Positions 19,096 through 31,029 are shown, counted from the first letter of the stretch. The stretch: DNA of 64,000 nucleotides from an uncultured Gemmatimonadales bacterium (GCA_964195945.1 CAXMRC010000090.1:20195-84194); one strand, 5' to 3'. Notes: generated by a model from the letters alone, not told the origin. Numbers and translations are program-made.

Positions 19096-21162
19096 GTGAA
19101 GGTCTACCCATCTGAAAAGATCCGCAATGTCGCGCTAGTTGGACACAGCGGAGCAGGGAAGACAACACTTGCCGAGGCACTCCTATACCGCGCCGGAACC
19201 ATCACCAGATTGGGACGTGTTGAAGACGGAAACACAGTAACGGATTTCGATCCAGAAGAGCATGAGCGAGGCCACTCGCTGAGCCTCGCACTTGCCCCAT
19301 TTGACTGGCACGGCCACAAGATCAACATCATCGATACCCCGGGCCACACAGACTTTGTCGCCGACGTCTACGCCGGTCTTCATGTCGCCGACCTCGCCGT
19401 CTTCGTCGTTTCCGCGACCGATGGAGTTGAGGTCGGCACAGAACGTGCCTGGCGCGCCGCCGAAGAACTCGGCTTGCCCCGCATGATCTTCATCAACAAG
19501 CTCGACAAGGAAGAAGCATCCTTCGATCGCACGCTCGAATCGCTGCAGGAGCGGTTCGGGGCCGGCATCGCACCGATCGAACTGCCCATCGGTGAAGCAG
19601 CCGCATTCCACGGCATCGCTGATCTCTTTACCAACAAGGCCTACTTCTACGACAGCGGCTCAGCCAAGGAAGCGGAAATCCCAGACGAGCTCGAAGAGAG
19701 AGAACGCGAGGTTCACGATAACCTCGTTGAAGGCATCGTCGTCGCAGACGATGCCTTGTTGGAGAAGTACCTCGAGGGCGACGTCCCTTCTGCTAGCGAA
19801 CTCGAAAAGACCATGGCCATTGGTGTGGCCAACGCGTCAGTGTTCCCAGTTGTGTGCGGATCAGCGACCGGACCAATCGCCGTCGACCGACTCGCCGACT
19901 TCATCGTCGAGATCGGCCCGTCGCCGCTAAGGCGCGACACTCTGACAGTCACCGCGGCGGGATCAGACGTGGATATCAACCTGAAGACCGATGGCGATCC
20001 GCTGCTTCAGGTCTTCAAGACCATCGCCGACCCCTACGTTGGGCAGATCTCGCTATTCCGTGTCCTTTCCGGCAAGGTCACCCCTGAGTTGGTCCTTCAC
20101 AATCAGCGCAGCAACGACGACGAGAAGCTGTCCAAAATCGCTTTGATGATTGGTAAGGAGTCAGAGCTCGTCGACTCGCTGCCGATGGGCGACCTGGGTG
20201 CGGTTGCCAAACTGAACAACACTGCGACGGGCGACACCCTCTCAGTCAAGGGTCAGCCAATCACGGCCCCCAAGTTGAGAAGGCCGACACCAGTGCTGGC
20301 AACCGCCATCCATGCCAAGACCCAGGCAGATACAGACAAACTGGCGAATGCACTGCGTCGCATTCAGCAGGAAGATCCCGTTTTGGTGATCGACCGCAAC
20401 GCGGAGACCCACCAGACGCTACTGAGAGGCATGGGCGAAACGCACCTCGCTATCACCCAGCAGCGCCTTAGCCGCAAATTCGGTGTCGAGGTCGAGTCCG
20501 AGCCGGTGCGAGTTCCGTACCGTGAGACGATTAGCCGGCGTGCGCAAGCTGAAGGCAAGTACAAGAAGCAGAGCGGTGGCCACGGGCAGTTTGGTGTCGC
20601 CATGCTCAAAGTGGAGCCGACTCGTCGTGGCGAAGGCTTCGAGTTCGTCGACGAGATCAAGGGGGGCTCCATTCCCCGTCAGTTCATCTCCGCTGTGGAG
20701 CAGGGAGTCAGGGAGTCCATGGTTGACGGTGGTGTACTCGGCTTTCCCGTCGTCGACGTCCGGGTTCGCGTTTACGACGGCAAGTACCACTCGGTGGATT
20801 CGTCTGAGATGAGCTTCAAGATGGCAGGGCGTCTCGGGATTAAGGCCGCTATGACCGACGCCGGCCCTATCGTCCTCGAGCCTGTGTCGCAGATCGCCGT
20901 ATCGGTCCCATCGAACTATCAGGGCGAGGTGATGGGTGATCTGTCCTCCCGCCGGGGACAGGTGCAGGGAACCGAAGCATCTGCTGGTGGACGCCAGATG
21001 ATCACGGCTCTGGTTCCAACCTCAGAGATCATTAGCTATGCGATGGATCTACGTTCTATTACCCAGGGTTGGGGAACCTTCACTGCACAGCACGATCACT
21101 ATCAGGAGTTGCCGTCACACCTGACCGACAAAGTCGTGGCCGAAGCCACGGAAGACGACTGA
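19096..21162 (+). CDS. fusA: Elongation factor G-like protein (EF-G2 type)
   Basis: GHSGAGKTT, DTPGH, NKLD, GMGETHL, KKQSGGHGQF, HSVDSSE; divergent switch I (RGHSL); outside the str operon. Confidence 0.92.
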   Translation: MKVYPSEKIRNVALVGHSGAGKTTLAEALLYRAGTITRLGRVEDGNTVTDFDPEEHERGHSLSLALAPFDWHGHKINIIDTPGHTDFVADVYAGLHVADLAVFVVSATDGVEVGTERAWRAAEELGLPRMIFINKLDKEEASFDRTLESLQERFGAGIAPIELPIGEAAAFHGIADLFTNKAYFYDSGSAKEAEIPDELEEREREVHDNLVEGIVVADDALLEKYLEGDVPSASELEKTMAIGVANASVFPVVCGSATGPIAVDRLADFIVEIGPSPLRRDTLTVTAAGSDVDINLKTDGDPLLQVFKTIADPYVGQISLFRVLSGKVTPELVLHNQRSNDDEKLSKIALMIGKESELVDSLPMGDLGAVAKLNNTATGDTLSVKGQPITAPKLRRPTPVLATAIHAKTQADTDKLANALRRIQQEDPVLVIDRNAETHQTLLRGMGETHLAITQQRLSRKFGVEVESEPVRVPYRETISRRAQAEGKYKKQSGGHGQFGVAMLKVEPTRRGEGFEFVDEIKGGSIPRQFISAVEQGVRESMVDGGVLGFPVVDVRVRVYDGKYHSVDSSEMSFKMAGRLGIKAAMTDAGPIVLEPVSQIAVSVPSNYQGEVMGDLSSRRGQVQGTEASAGGRQMITALVPTSEIISYAMDLRSITQGWGTFTAQHDHYQELPSHLTDKVVAEATEDD

Positions 21163-21183
21163 CACTGCCGCCGGCGTCGGCCG

Positions 21184-22089
21184 CTAGGACTGAGCCAAGT
21201 CCAGTGCGATCCCGTCGAGGATGTCGCTGACAGAGACCCGGACTGTGGCGCCGCCAAGGTGCGCGACCGCTCGCTCTGCGCAGATGGCGCCCGCTTGCAG
21301 AACCCCGGCTCTGGCGGGTACCACTCCGGGCAGTTCCGCAATAGATGCTGGAGTCATCATCTGGAGTCGATCGACGGTGGACTGCAATTCGTCAAACGAC
21401 AGGACGCGGTGTCGCCGTGTATCTGATTCGTCGGCGCCGCTCCCGTAATGCACGGCCGCTAACGACGTAAAAGTACCGCCTGACCCCAGCACCAAGCTCG
21501 ATACGTAGGGCGGTACGACATGGTCGAACAAACTATCTACATAGGCTCGAACCGCGGTCGGATTTCGCAGGCCAAGGCTTACGATCCGCTCAGTGAGACG
21601 CACCGAACCCAGGTCGACACTGACCGCATAGTCGGGGTATCGCTGTCCAATGACAAACTCAGTGCTCCCCCCACCCACATCGATAACGCAGACGGTTCCT
21701 TGATGATCCATGGTGTTGGTCGCCCCGTTGAACGTCAGCCGAGCCTCTTCGACACCATCGACAATCCGAGGGCGAAATCCGAGCACTCCGCTGACTTGAT
21801 CGGTGAAGGCGGAGCCATTTTCGGCACTTCGCGTCGCGGCGGTCGCCACGGCGGCCGCCGCCTCAACATTGGCGTCGTCGATCAGCCTCGCGTAGTAACC
21901 GAGCCCGGCAAGTGCTCTCCCCATCGGTGCGTCGCCTAGTCTCCCCGAGGCGTCCAGACCCTCACCCAATCTCGTGATGGCCTCATGGCGTTCTGCGTCG
22001 ACCAGCCACGAACCTCGATCATCGGTGACCACGTCACCGAGCAGCAACCTGATGGAATTTGTTCCGATGTCGACCGCAGCAACCCTCAC
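21184..22089 (-). CDS. ppx: Ppx/GppA exopolyphosphatase
   Basis: AAVDIGTNSIRL, TRLGEG, EEARL, IDVGGGSTE, GSVRLTE. Confidence 0.93.
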   Translation of the reverse strand: MRVAAVDIGTNSIRLLLGDVVTDDRGSWLVDAERHEAITRLGEGLDASGRLGDAPMGRALAGLGYYARLIDDANVEAAAAVATAATRSAENGSAFTDQVSGVLGFRPRIVDGVEEARLTFNGATNTMDHQGTVCVIDVGGGSTEFVIGQRYPDYAVSVDLGSVRLTERIVSLGLRNPTAVRAYVDSLFDHVVPPYVSSLVLGSGGTFTSLAAVHYGSGADESDTRRHRVLSFDELQSTVDRLQMMTPASIAELPGVVPARAGVLQAGAICAERAVAHLGGATVRVSVSDILDGIALDLAQS

Positions 22090-22613
22090 GGTGTCGGCTC
22101 CACCCAGTTTGGATTTCTGACAACATTGTCGCCATCCCGCGCTACACACGGGACAACGCAATCGAGCGGTTCAATCTGTGCCGCCGTTTCCGCGCCAACC
22201 GGGTTGGCATTGCCAGCCGCGTGGTCCGCATAGTGTGCATGTAGACATTTGACCCCGAGGCGGGTACCGCCGACGCCGCCGGAAGGACGGTGCAGCGGCG
22301 AATCGGCGGCGATCAGGGCATCGCGATCTCTCTCATACCGGTCCATCGCTTGACGATGCTCACCGGCAAATCGGGGGTCGCTATCGATTCGGGCCTCTGC
22401 CTCCTTGACACCGCCACCGGCCTCGAGCCGCCCGATCCGACGTGAAGCAAGGGGGCACGTCAACCAGAAGGTGGTTGGGAAAGGCGTCCCGTCGTCCAGA
22501 TGCGGGGGCACTCTCGTCACAGTAGGCAGAGCGAGGGGGCAACGGGCCACGACGTCTACGACCGACCTCGGCGTGCGACAGATCTGTACAGCTACGACCT
22601 GTCGATCATCCAT
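22086..22613 (-). CDS. DUF501 family protein
   Basis: DGTPFPTTFWLTCP, GGVGG...VKCLHAH; conserved position between divIC and ppx. Confidence 0.9.
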   Translation of the reverse strand: MDDRQVVAVQICRTPRSVVDVVARCPLALPTVTRVPPHLDDGTPFPTTFWLTCPLASRRIGRLEAGGGVKEAEARIDSDPRFAGEHRQAMDRYERDRDALIAADSPLHRPSGGVGGTRLGVKCLHAHYADHAAGNANPVGAETAAQIEPLDCVVPCVARDGDNVVRNPNWVEPTP

Positions 22614-23025
22614 CGGGAACGAGATCGCGACCCGTCAAGAAGTCCCAGAACCGCTCGAGTGGCGACCGGGAGTCCAATTCTGGTTCGACGACAACAATGC
22701 CGTCGCCAACTGGACCGCCTTCGAGTTCAACGATGTAGGTTGTCTCCCCCGGCTCTGCCATCCCATATTGCTCACGAGCGATCCGCTCCAATTCAGCCGG
22801 GGTTTGCACGGCTTCGATCTCACCCTGGAGCAGCTCGTTTTCCACGACAAGCGCGTCAAGTTTCTCCCTGGTGTTGTCCACCAATCGTTCCTGAGCAATG
22901 AGCTGACGGAATGGGAACACACCGGCGAGCACAATCGCCAGACCGGCCAAAAGCAGGACGGCGACAAATGATCCCCGTCTGCCGCCTCTGGCGGTTGGAG
23001 CCGCCGGTGTGTTCGTTGCAGTCAT
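22606..23025 (-). CDS. Septum formation initiator (FtsB/DivIC)
   Basis: TM + coiled coil + ERIAREQYGMAEPGE. Confidence 0.9.
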   Translation of the reverse strand: MTATNTPAAPTARGGRRGSFVAVLLLAGLAIVLAGVFPFRQLIAQERLVDNTREKLDALVVENELLQGEIEAVQTPAELERIAREQYGMAEPGETTYIVELEGGPVGDGIVVVEPELDSRSPLERFWDFLTGRDLVPDG

Positions 23026-23039
23026 CTAACCCCAAGTAC

Positions 23040-24335
<1,296 letters not shown>

Positions 24336-24408
24336 TTATCATCACTTCGAGATTAGACCTAGGACTTCGGAGTGCAACAATCGCTGCGGACCAAAAACGA
24401 CCGCAGTA

Positions 24409-25878
24409 TCAGGGTCTGCTGTGCTCAGCGACTTTGGCCTTTTCCCACAGTCCGTCGAGCTCTTCCGGGGACATCTCGGTAAGCCCTCTGCCGGTGGCCA
24501 CGACTTCGTGCTCCATGAAACGGATCCGAGATGCGAAACGGTCGTTAGCCCCTGCCAGAGCAAGTTCAGGGTCGACCCGCAGATGCCGGGCGAGGTTGAT
24601 CACGGCGAACATGAGATCGCCGAGTTCCTCTGTTGCCCTCACTTGGTCGTCCGCCTCAGCTGCCAGCTCCTCGAGTTCCTCGCGGATCTTGGCGAACACC
24701 GGCGCCGGATCATCCCAATCGAAGCCAACCGACTTGGCTCGTCGTTGCACTTTGTCGGCGCGCACCATCGCAGGCATCGCTCCAGGAATGTCATCCATCA
24801 GCGATTTGCGGGCCTTCTCGTCGCTCTTGATCGCTTCCCAATTGGTGATGACCGTCTCTGCGTCCTCAGCTACAACGTGCCCGAATACATGGGGATGTCG
24901 GTTGATCAGTTTGCGGCGCGTGATCTCAGCAACCTCTTCGACGTCAAAGGCCCCGACTTCGCTGGCGAGCGTGGCATGGAAAACCACCTGAAGCAACAGA
25001 TCGCCAAGCTCTTCTTCGACCTCGGCATAGGCTCCGTAGTCGGGGTCGCCTGCCGGTGCCTCTGCCGGCAAGGCGCGAATCGCATCCACTGTCTCATAGG
25101 TCTCCTCTATGAGGTGGCTCACGAGGCTGTGATGCGTCTGTTTCCTGTCCCAGGGGCACTCTTGTCGGAGCAAACGATTGACAACAACCAAGCCGTACCA
25201 ACCGGCCGGTTCTGGGTCGAGGAACAGACTCGTGCGCGGTCCAGGTTGGTAGGTCACGAGACGGCTAAGTTCCAGCTCAACGACCACCTGATCGGGATCC
25301 CCCAGTCGATCCAGCACAACAATCGGAGTGTCTTCGGCGAGCACCCGGCCCAGTTCTGCTGCTGTGTCCGCAAGAAGCTCGGGACGATCCACCTGGGTGA
25401 TGATGAGAGCGGCGTCGAAAATCAAAGGATCGGGCAGGTCGCGACCGTCGACGATCTTGACCGGCCTGGCTATCGGATCGACCCGCGCCTCGGCATACAC
25501 GAGATCAAGGAATGACTCCCCCGGAACCAGTTCGAGGCTCAATCCGGCGGCGTCCGCACGGCGTCGAATCTCAGCGACAGCTCGCTCACCGACCACCGCG
25601 CTGCCCGGTACGGCGTAGACCGTGGGACCTGCCACCGCAGCTTCAAGCACTCGCTCGACAATCGCTTGATAGACATCATCGAATCCCACGCCTTCGTCGT
25701 ACAGATCGTCGCAGGTGACGATGGTACGACGGGTGGCAAGTTGCTGGCTGGCCGGATGATGAGCGGTGCGCACAACCACGGTTCTGTCTGGGGCCTCGAG
25801 AAGCGCGAGCGAACGCGCCGACAGCCGATCCAGACCCGCAGGACCCAGCCCAACGATCCCCAGTTGGGCGTCACTCAC
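24409..25878 (-). CDS. mazG: MazG nucleoside triphosphate pyrophosphohydrolase with N-terminal tetrapyrrole-methylase-like domain (YabN type)
   Basis: IVGLGPAG N-domain; CPWDRKQTH, EETYE, EELGDLL, RHPHVFG. Confidence 0.93.
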   Translation of the reverse strand: MSDAQLGIVGLGPAGLDRLSARSLALLEAPDRTVVVRTAHHPASQQLATRRTIVTCDDLYDEGVGFDDVYQAIVERVLEAAVAGPTVYAVPGSAVVGERAVAEIRRRADAAGLSLELVPGESFLDLVYAEARVDPIARPVKIVDGRDLPDPLIFDAALIITQVDRPELLADTAAELGRVLAEDTPIVVLDRLGDPDQVVVELELSRLVTYQPGPRTSLFLDPEPAGWYGLVVVNRLLRQECPWDRKQTHHSLVSHLIEETYETVDAIRALPAEAPAGDPDYGAYAEVEEELGDLLLQVVFHATLASEVGAFDVEEVAEITRRKLINRHPHVFGHVVAEDAETVITNWEAIKSDEKARKSLMDDIPGAMPAMVRADKVQRRAKSVGFDWDDPAPVFAKIREELEELAAEADDQVRATEELGDLMFAVINLARHLRVDPELALAGANDRFASRIRFMEHEVVATGRGLTEMSPEELDGLWEKAKVAEHSRP

Positions 25879-26794
25879 CTGGAGGAGCGATGCCAACACC
25901 CGCTTCGGACCAGCGGCCCACGGTTGGCGAAACATCGATTTGTGCGTTGCGTACTACGTCGTTCAACCATGGCGTGTAGAGCGCGCTGATGTAATCAGGG
26001 TCCAGCCACTCCATTGGGTCATTAGCCAATTCCGCTACCGAGGCCGGAGCCATGCGATCTTCAACGACGATTACGTTCCACTGTTGGTCGCTCACCACAG
26101 GGCCTACAGGCGTGTTGAGCGGTGCGGTTGCCGCAAGAGTTGCGAATTCAATCCCTACTCGAGTCAGCCATACCAGACACTCGCCATCAGCGGTGGCCAG
26201 CAGACCACCGGGGCTCGCTTGGTCAAGCGACACCTCAGCAACAAGCGTTTGAAAGTCTTCACCGGCCTCGAGCCGCGCCAGGACCGCCTGTGCCTCTTGC
26301 TCGGACGCTGTGCTGATGTGCCGAACGCATGCCCTGGTAATGTCCTCGGGCCGCTGATCGATCAAGATCTCGAAACCGCCCGACTCGACGCGAGACAACT
26401 CTGGGACGACCGCATCCCTGACCAAGCTTTGAGCGGCGCTTGCTCTAATGGCGTCCTCGGTCACGTCGGCAAACTGGTCTGGAGGCGCGATCACTGTGGC
26501 ATACCTTGTCGGGGGATTGCTGACGCGCTCACCAATGTCGGCTTCGGTCATCACATAGCCGAACTCGAAGTTGGCCGCGTCCTTGATCGCCTCGATAATT
26601 ATTAGCAGAGTTAGATCCTGACGGACCTGCTCAGAAGTCAACGATCCTGTCGACTCATAACTGGGACGCAATGCGAACAGGTCGTCCTTGGTGATCTCGT
26701 TGCTGTTGACGGTCGCAAGCGTGTCCGCGGACGAGCAAGACGCGGCAAGAAGCGCCACGGCGAGGACTACGAGTAGGCGTCGGAAGACGAACAT
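25871..26794 (-). CDS. PrsA/SurA-like peptidyl-prolyl isomerase lipoprotein
   Basis: Lipobox LAASC, ATVN..I, CVRHI, GEDF..L..EVS.D, parvulin signature. Confidence 0.85.
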   Translation of the reverse strand: MFVFRRLLVVLAVALLAASCSSADTLATVNSNEITKDDLFALRPSYESTGSLTSEQVRQDLTLLIIIEAIKDAANFEFGYVMTEADIGERVSNPPTRYATVIAPPDQFADVTEDAIRASAAQSLVRDAVVPELSRVESGGFEILIDQRPEDITRACVRHISTASEQEAQAVLARLEAGEDFQTLVAEVSLDQASPGGLLATADGECLVWLTRVGIEFATLAATAPLNTPVGPVVSDQQWNVIVVEDRMAPASVAELANDPMEWLDPDYISALYTPWLNDVVRNAQIDVSPTVGRWSEAGVGIAPPGE

Positions 26795-29700
26795 TAGGTG
26801 GGGTTCTCCTGATCTGGTGGCCACATCTTACGAACGAATTCGATCAACGAATGCACTAACTCTTTCCGGGGGACAGACATGAAGATCGTCGACCCTCGAA
26901 CAATCGAACGTGGCGCCAGCCGATCAAGCCGAACCTCCTGCGATGTTTTCAGCGCAACTGGCCCGAGGCGCACCTCTTTGCGGACCTTGACAATCTCGGT
27001 CAGACCGACCCGCAGCGCTTCAACGCGAAGCAGGGCAACATCGACAAGAGCTTCTGCCTCGGCCGGTAGCTCACCAAATCGGTCACGCCACTCGGCGCTC
27101 ACCTCGATCACCTGTGGCTCAGTTTGCGCCGCCGCCATGCGACGGTATGCCTCGAGTCGCTCGTTGGCACTGTCGACGTAGTGGTCTGGCAGATGGGCAT
27201 CAACCGGGATATCTATGCGAATCTCCGGCGGACGCTCGGGCAACGTCTCCCCCTTCAGCTTGGTCACGGCGTCGGAGACCAGCTCAACATAGAGATCGAA
27301 TCCGACCGCCGAGATGTGGCCGGCTTGGGTCTCGCCGAGTATCGATCCGGCGCCTCTGATCTCGAGGTCACGCATTGCAAGCTCGAAACCGGAGCCAAGG
27401 TCGGAATACTCGCCGATGGCTTCCAGCCGTCGGTAGGCGGCTTCAGATAGAGTTTGTTCCTTGGGATGGAACAGATACGCATAGGCGCGCTGGTTGGACC
27501 GCCCGACCCTGCCCCGCAGTTGATAGAGCTGCGCCAAACCCAGTCGATCGGACCTCTCAACAAGAAGGGTGTTGACCTGGGGAAGGTCGAGACCAGACTC
27601 GATGATCGTGGTTGCCACAAGGACGTCGTAGTCACCGTTCCAGAAATCGAACATGACCTGTTCGAGCCGTCCTTCACTCATTTGGCCGTGAGCCACTGCA
27701 TATCTGGCATCGGGAACCAATTCTCTGAGACGTGCCACCGCGTGATCGATCGATTGGACCCGATTGTGGACGTAGAAGACCTGCCCTTCACGCAACATTT
27801 CACGGCGGATCGCAGCGGAGATCGCTCTCTCATCCAGGGGCCCCACATAGGTGAGGATCGGGTGCCGGTCCTCAGGAGGCGTCCGAATGTGGCTGACTTC
27901 CCGAATCCCGGTAAGCGCCATCTCCAACGTGCGCGGAATCGGCGTAGCGGTCAACGTCAGGACATCGATCGAGGACCGCAGCCGTTTTAGCTTGTCCTTC
28001 GCAGCGACACCAAAGCGTTGCTCCTCGTCGACGATGAGAAGCCCCAGATCCTTGAAGTCAACATCGTCAGACAACAGCCGATGGGTGCCAACCACAATAT
28101 CGATCGAACCGGCGGCAAGCTCTCGGATGACCTCGCGCTGTTGTGCAGCCGTTAGAAATCGGCTGAGAGAGGCCACCTTGATTGGGTACGGCGCAAACCT
28201 GTCTCCCATTGTTGAGTAGTGCTGCTGTGCTAGCAGTGTCGTTGGCACCAGCAGCGCCACCTGCTTGCCGCTCTGCACCGCCTTAAACGCACCGCGCAGC
28301 GCCACCTCGGTCTTGCCGAAACCGACGTCACCGAAGATAAGCCGATCCATGGGGGCGCCGGCCTCCATGTCAGCTTTGATGTCGGCGATCGCCGTTACCT
28401 GATCGCGGGTCTCCTCAAACGGGAACGCCGACTCGAACTCGGCCTGCCACGGCGTGTCCGGCTCAAACGCATAGCCGGTAGCAGCGGCCCGCTGTCGATG
28501 AAGCTCCACCACCGTTTCTGCTACTACCGCGACGGCTTTGCGAACTTTGGTCCTGGTCTTTGCCCAGTCAGCGCCTCCCATACGAGACAGCCGGGGAGTC
28601 TCCCCTCCGGTATAGCGGACGACCGCAGCCAGTTGGTCGGTCGGGACGTAGATCCGATCCTCGCCGTAGAACTTGATCAGCAAGTAGTCACGCTCGACGC
28701 CAGCCATCTCACGGTGCACCAGACCTTCAAACCGTCCGATGCCGTGGTGGTGGTGTACAACAAAGTCACCGGGACTCAGGTCGCGGTAAGCCTCGCCCGG
28801 GTCTTCGACTCGTGGCTGCCTGCTCCGTCGATGGGCACGACGCCGGCCGGCTATCTCACGTTCTCCGACCACACCGAGACCGAGCCGCGGCGAAACAAAA
28901 CCGTGGTGAATGCCATCTCCAACCACCGCAGACTCCACTGTGGAGAGTTGGGTGCGAACCGGTAAGGCATGACCGGCCTCGCCGAGCAGGCGAGAGATTC
29001 TCTCGGCAGCGCTGCCGCCATCCATCGCGACAACAATCTCGACTCCACGACTCTGCCAATGCTGCAACGCCCCCGCAATCGACTCGGCATCGCCGGCAAC
29101 TGCGTCGATACCCCTCAGCTCAACGATATCGTCGCCGGGACCGGCCGCTACCGGTGGCGCTTCCACATACACCCCGTCACTGAACTCGAGATATAGAGCG
29201 GGGTGGTCTTCCGGCTCGGGAGCGCCACTCCCCCATGTTGGTGCCAGAGTTGCAGCCAGATCGAACTCCTCGCCGCGCAATTCCTCGCTGCGGGCTCTGG
29301 CCTGAACCGGATCGAAGACGATGGTGTAGCGGGGGGTCGTAGTGTCAAGGGTGCTTTGTTCTTCTGCGAGCCACGGCAGCCATGACTCCAGGCCTTGAAA
29401 GGAGAGTCCCGCTGCGATTCGATCCCATGTCTCAGCCGCCCACGGTTGTTCGGCAAGAAGAACCGCAGCCTTGGCTCGGACGCCGGGATCTGGTCTTAGC
29501 TCGTGGGCTGGGAAAGCCTCGACCCGATCGACAAGATCAACTGATCGTTGGGATCCGATACCGAAGCTGCGAATCTCGTCGACGTCATCACCCCAGAACT
29601 CGACGCGGAATGCCTCGGTTCCCTGGGCCGGGAATACGTCGATTATGCCGCCCCGCACCGCAAATTCGCCGCGGCTCTCCACCCGGTCGGTACGGTGGTA

Positions 29701-30150
29701 GCCGTGAACTGTCAGTTCGGCGAGCAGCCGGTCAAAGCCGTGGTCTTCACCAGACTGAATGATTACAGGCGCGATGGCTGACGGGCTCAATCTCTGGGTG
29801 GCGGCCCGCACCGAGGCGACAATGATGGTGCCAGCACCGCCGGTCTCTAGCTCATAGAGCGCCTGGGCTCGATGAGCCATCGTCACCACATTTGGAGATA
29901 CGTGCTCAAAGGGAAGGGTGCCCCATGCCGGGAGGTGCCATGCCTGATCGCTGAATAGGCAAACGTCGTCGAAAAGTTCCTCAGCAGCACGCTCGCCGGG
30001 CACCACTGCCAATACCGGCCGGTCTAGATGCCGCGCCATTCCGGCAAGGCTGAGAGCGCGTACGCCGGGTGGCACCACAAGCCGACCCGATTCTTCAGGG
30101 ACAAGCGACTTGGGCCATACAGAAACAAGAGGTTCAAGAGGAGCGCTCAC
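26794..30150 (-). CDS. mfd: Transcription-repair coupling factor
   Basis: GEFAVRGGIIDVF, VVHHHHGIG, GDVGFGKTE, DEEQRFG, TATPIPRT, QLRGRVGR; probable start GTG 30150 (the ORF stays open further upstream). Confidence 0.97.
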   Translation of the reverse strand: MSAPLEPLVSVWPKSLVPEESGRLVVPPGVRALSLAGMARHLDRPVLAVVPGERAAEELFDDVCLFSDQAWHLPAWGTLPFEHVSPNVVTMAHRAQALYELETGGAGTIIVASVRAATQRLSPSAIAPVIIQSGEDHGFDRLLAELTVHGYHRTDRVESRGEFAVRGGIIDVFPAQGTEAFRVEFWGDDVDEIRSFGIGSQRSVDLVDRVEAFPAHELRPDPGVRAKAAVLLAEQPWAAETWDRIAAGLSFQGLESWLPWLAEEQSTLDTTTPRYTIVFDPVQARARSEELRGEEFDLAATLAPTWGSGAPEPEDHPALYLEFSDGVYVEAPPVAAGPGDDIVELRGIDAVAGDAESIAGALQHWQSRGVEIVVAMDGGSAAERISRLLGEAGHALPVRTQLSTVESAVVGDGIHHGFVSPRLGLGVVGEREIAGRRRAHRRSRQPRVEDPGEAYRDLSPGDFVVHHHHGIGRFEGLVHREMAGVERDYLLIKFYGEDRIYVPTDQLAAVVRYTGGETPRLSRMGGADWAKTRTKVRKAVAVVAETVVELHRQRAAATGYAFEPDTPWQAEFESAFPFEETRDQVTAIADIKADMEAGAPMDRLIFGDVGFGKTEVALRGAFKAVQSGKQVALLVPTTLLAQQHYSTMGDRFAPYPIKVASLSRFLTAAQQREVIRELAAGSIDIVVGTHRLLSDDVDFKDLGLLIVDEEQRFGVAAKDKLKRLRSSIDVLTLTATPIPRTLEMALTGIREVSHIRTPPEDRHPILTYVGPLDERAISAAIRREMLREGQVFYVHNRVQSIDHAVARLRELVPDARYAVAHGQMSEGRLEQVMFDFWNGDYDVLVATTIIESGLDLPQVNTLLVERSDRLGLAQLYQLRGRVGRSNQRAYAYLFHPKEQTLSEAAYRRLEAIGEYSDLGSGFELAMRDLEIRGAGSILGETQAGHISAVGFDLYVELVSDAVTKLKGETLPERPPEIRIDIPVDAHLPDHYVDSANERLEAYRRMAAAQTEPQVIEVSAEWRDRFGELPAEAEALVDVALLRVEALRVGLTEIVKVRKEVRLGPVALKTSQEVRLDRLAPRSIVRGSTIFMSVPRKELVHSLIEFVRKMWPPDQENPT

Positions 30151-30170
30151 AGACGCCGCAGGGTAGCCGT

Positions 30171-30311
30171 CTGCCCTTCGGGCAGATTCGACTTCGCCTG
30201 CCCGTAGGGCAGGTTTGCAGAAGATCGGGCCTGCCACCCCCGCAGGTTTGACTTCGCCTGCCCTTCGGGCAGATTCGACTTCGGCGGCCCGTAGGGCAGG
30301 TTCGACTTCTG
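30171..30311. repeat. Tandem array of five ~27-bp hairpin units
   Basis: Consensus CTGCCC(TTC/GTA)GGGCAG RTTYGACTTCGC at 30171, 30198 (33 nt), 30231, 30258, 30285. Confidence 0.9.
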
Positions 30312-30416
30312 CTCTGCAGAAGTCGTCGCTCACAGGGGATCGGGCGTGTACCCCCCAAGCAGAATCTGTTCCGCGGAAGATCAGGCCTTCCGTCTCGGCA
30401 GATTCTGTGAGCGCGG

Positions 30417-31001
30417 CTATTCGTCGCCGGTGCGGACCTCGATCTGTTCGCTGAGAGTGAAAGCACCAGAGTAGCGACGGAAGTAGTCCCAACCCGACAG
30501 AACAGTCGCAATGACGGCGACTAGCATCAGCCATTCATCAAGAAAGAACGGTCCAACCTCAGACCCGGACCGGATTAACGCAAACCCGATCGCAACGAAC
30601 TGGAACGTTGTTTTGCTCTTGCCCCAGAAACTCGGCGGGACTGTAGCCTTATCCAGAGCAGCAACTGCGCGCAGCCCCATCACCGCAATTTCTCGTCCAA
30701 TAATGATGAAAGCAGCCCACGACCAGGCTCGGCCGACCTCGATCAGGACCAGCAAGCTCCCGACAACAAGAACCTTGTCCGCAACCGAGTCGAGAAAAGC
30801 TCCGAGTACCGTCGTCAGCTTCCAGCGGCGTGCCAAATAGCCGTCTGCAAAATCGGTCAACGCTGCGGGAACAAACACAGCAAGTGCTATCCCAAATGCA
30901 TGATCGATTTGGTCGGACAGCAAGACAAACGTCATGACCACGGGAGTCAACACTATCCGGGCGAGCGCTAACAGGTTTGGAACATTGAGCGGTTGGGCCA
31001 T
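30417..31001 (-). CDS. pgsA: CDP-diacylglycerol--glycerol-3-phosphate 3-phosphatidyltransferase
   Basis: NVPNLL..AR, TDFADGYLARR, GAFLDSVADK CDP-alcohol phosphotransferase motif. Confidence 0.93.
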   Translation of the reverse strand: MAQPLNVPNLLALARIVLTPVVMTFVLLSDQIDHAFGIALAVFVPAALTDFADGYLARRWKLTTVLGAFLDSVADKVLVVGSLLVLIEVGRAWSWAAFIIIGREIAVMGLRAVAALDKATVPPSFWGKSKTTFQFVAIGFALIRSGSEVGPFFLDEWLMLVAVIATVLSGWDYFRRYSGAFTLSEQIEVRTGDE

Positions 31002-31029
31002 GGCGTGATATTAATCGCGCTGATCGATC

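Noticed and set aside
20985-20998. 14-nt match (tggtggacgccaga) to the variant hairpin arm inside fusA
   Set aside because: In-frame within a conserved domain with no loop or partner arm; probably chance
30171-30311. CRISPR array
   Set aside because: Units are contiguous with no unique spacers, and no cas genes are present
30151-30534. 128-aa N-terminal extension of Mfd from the ORF track
   Set aside because: Overlaps pgsA and runs through the repeat array; a TACCCT -10 supports the GTG 30150 start
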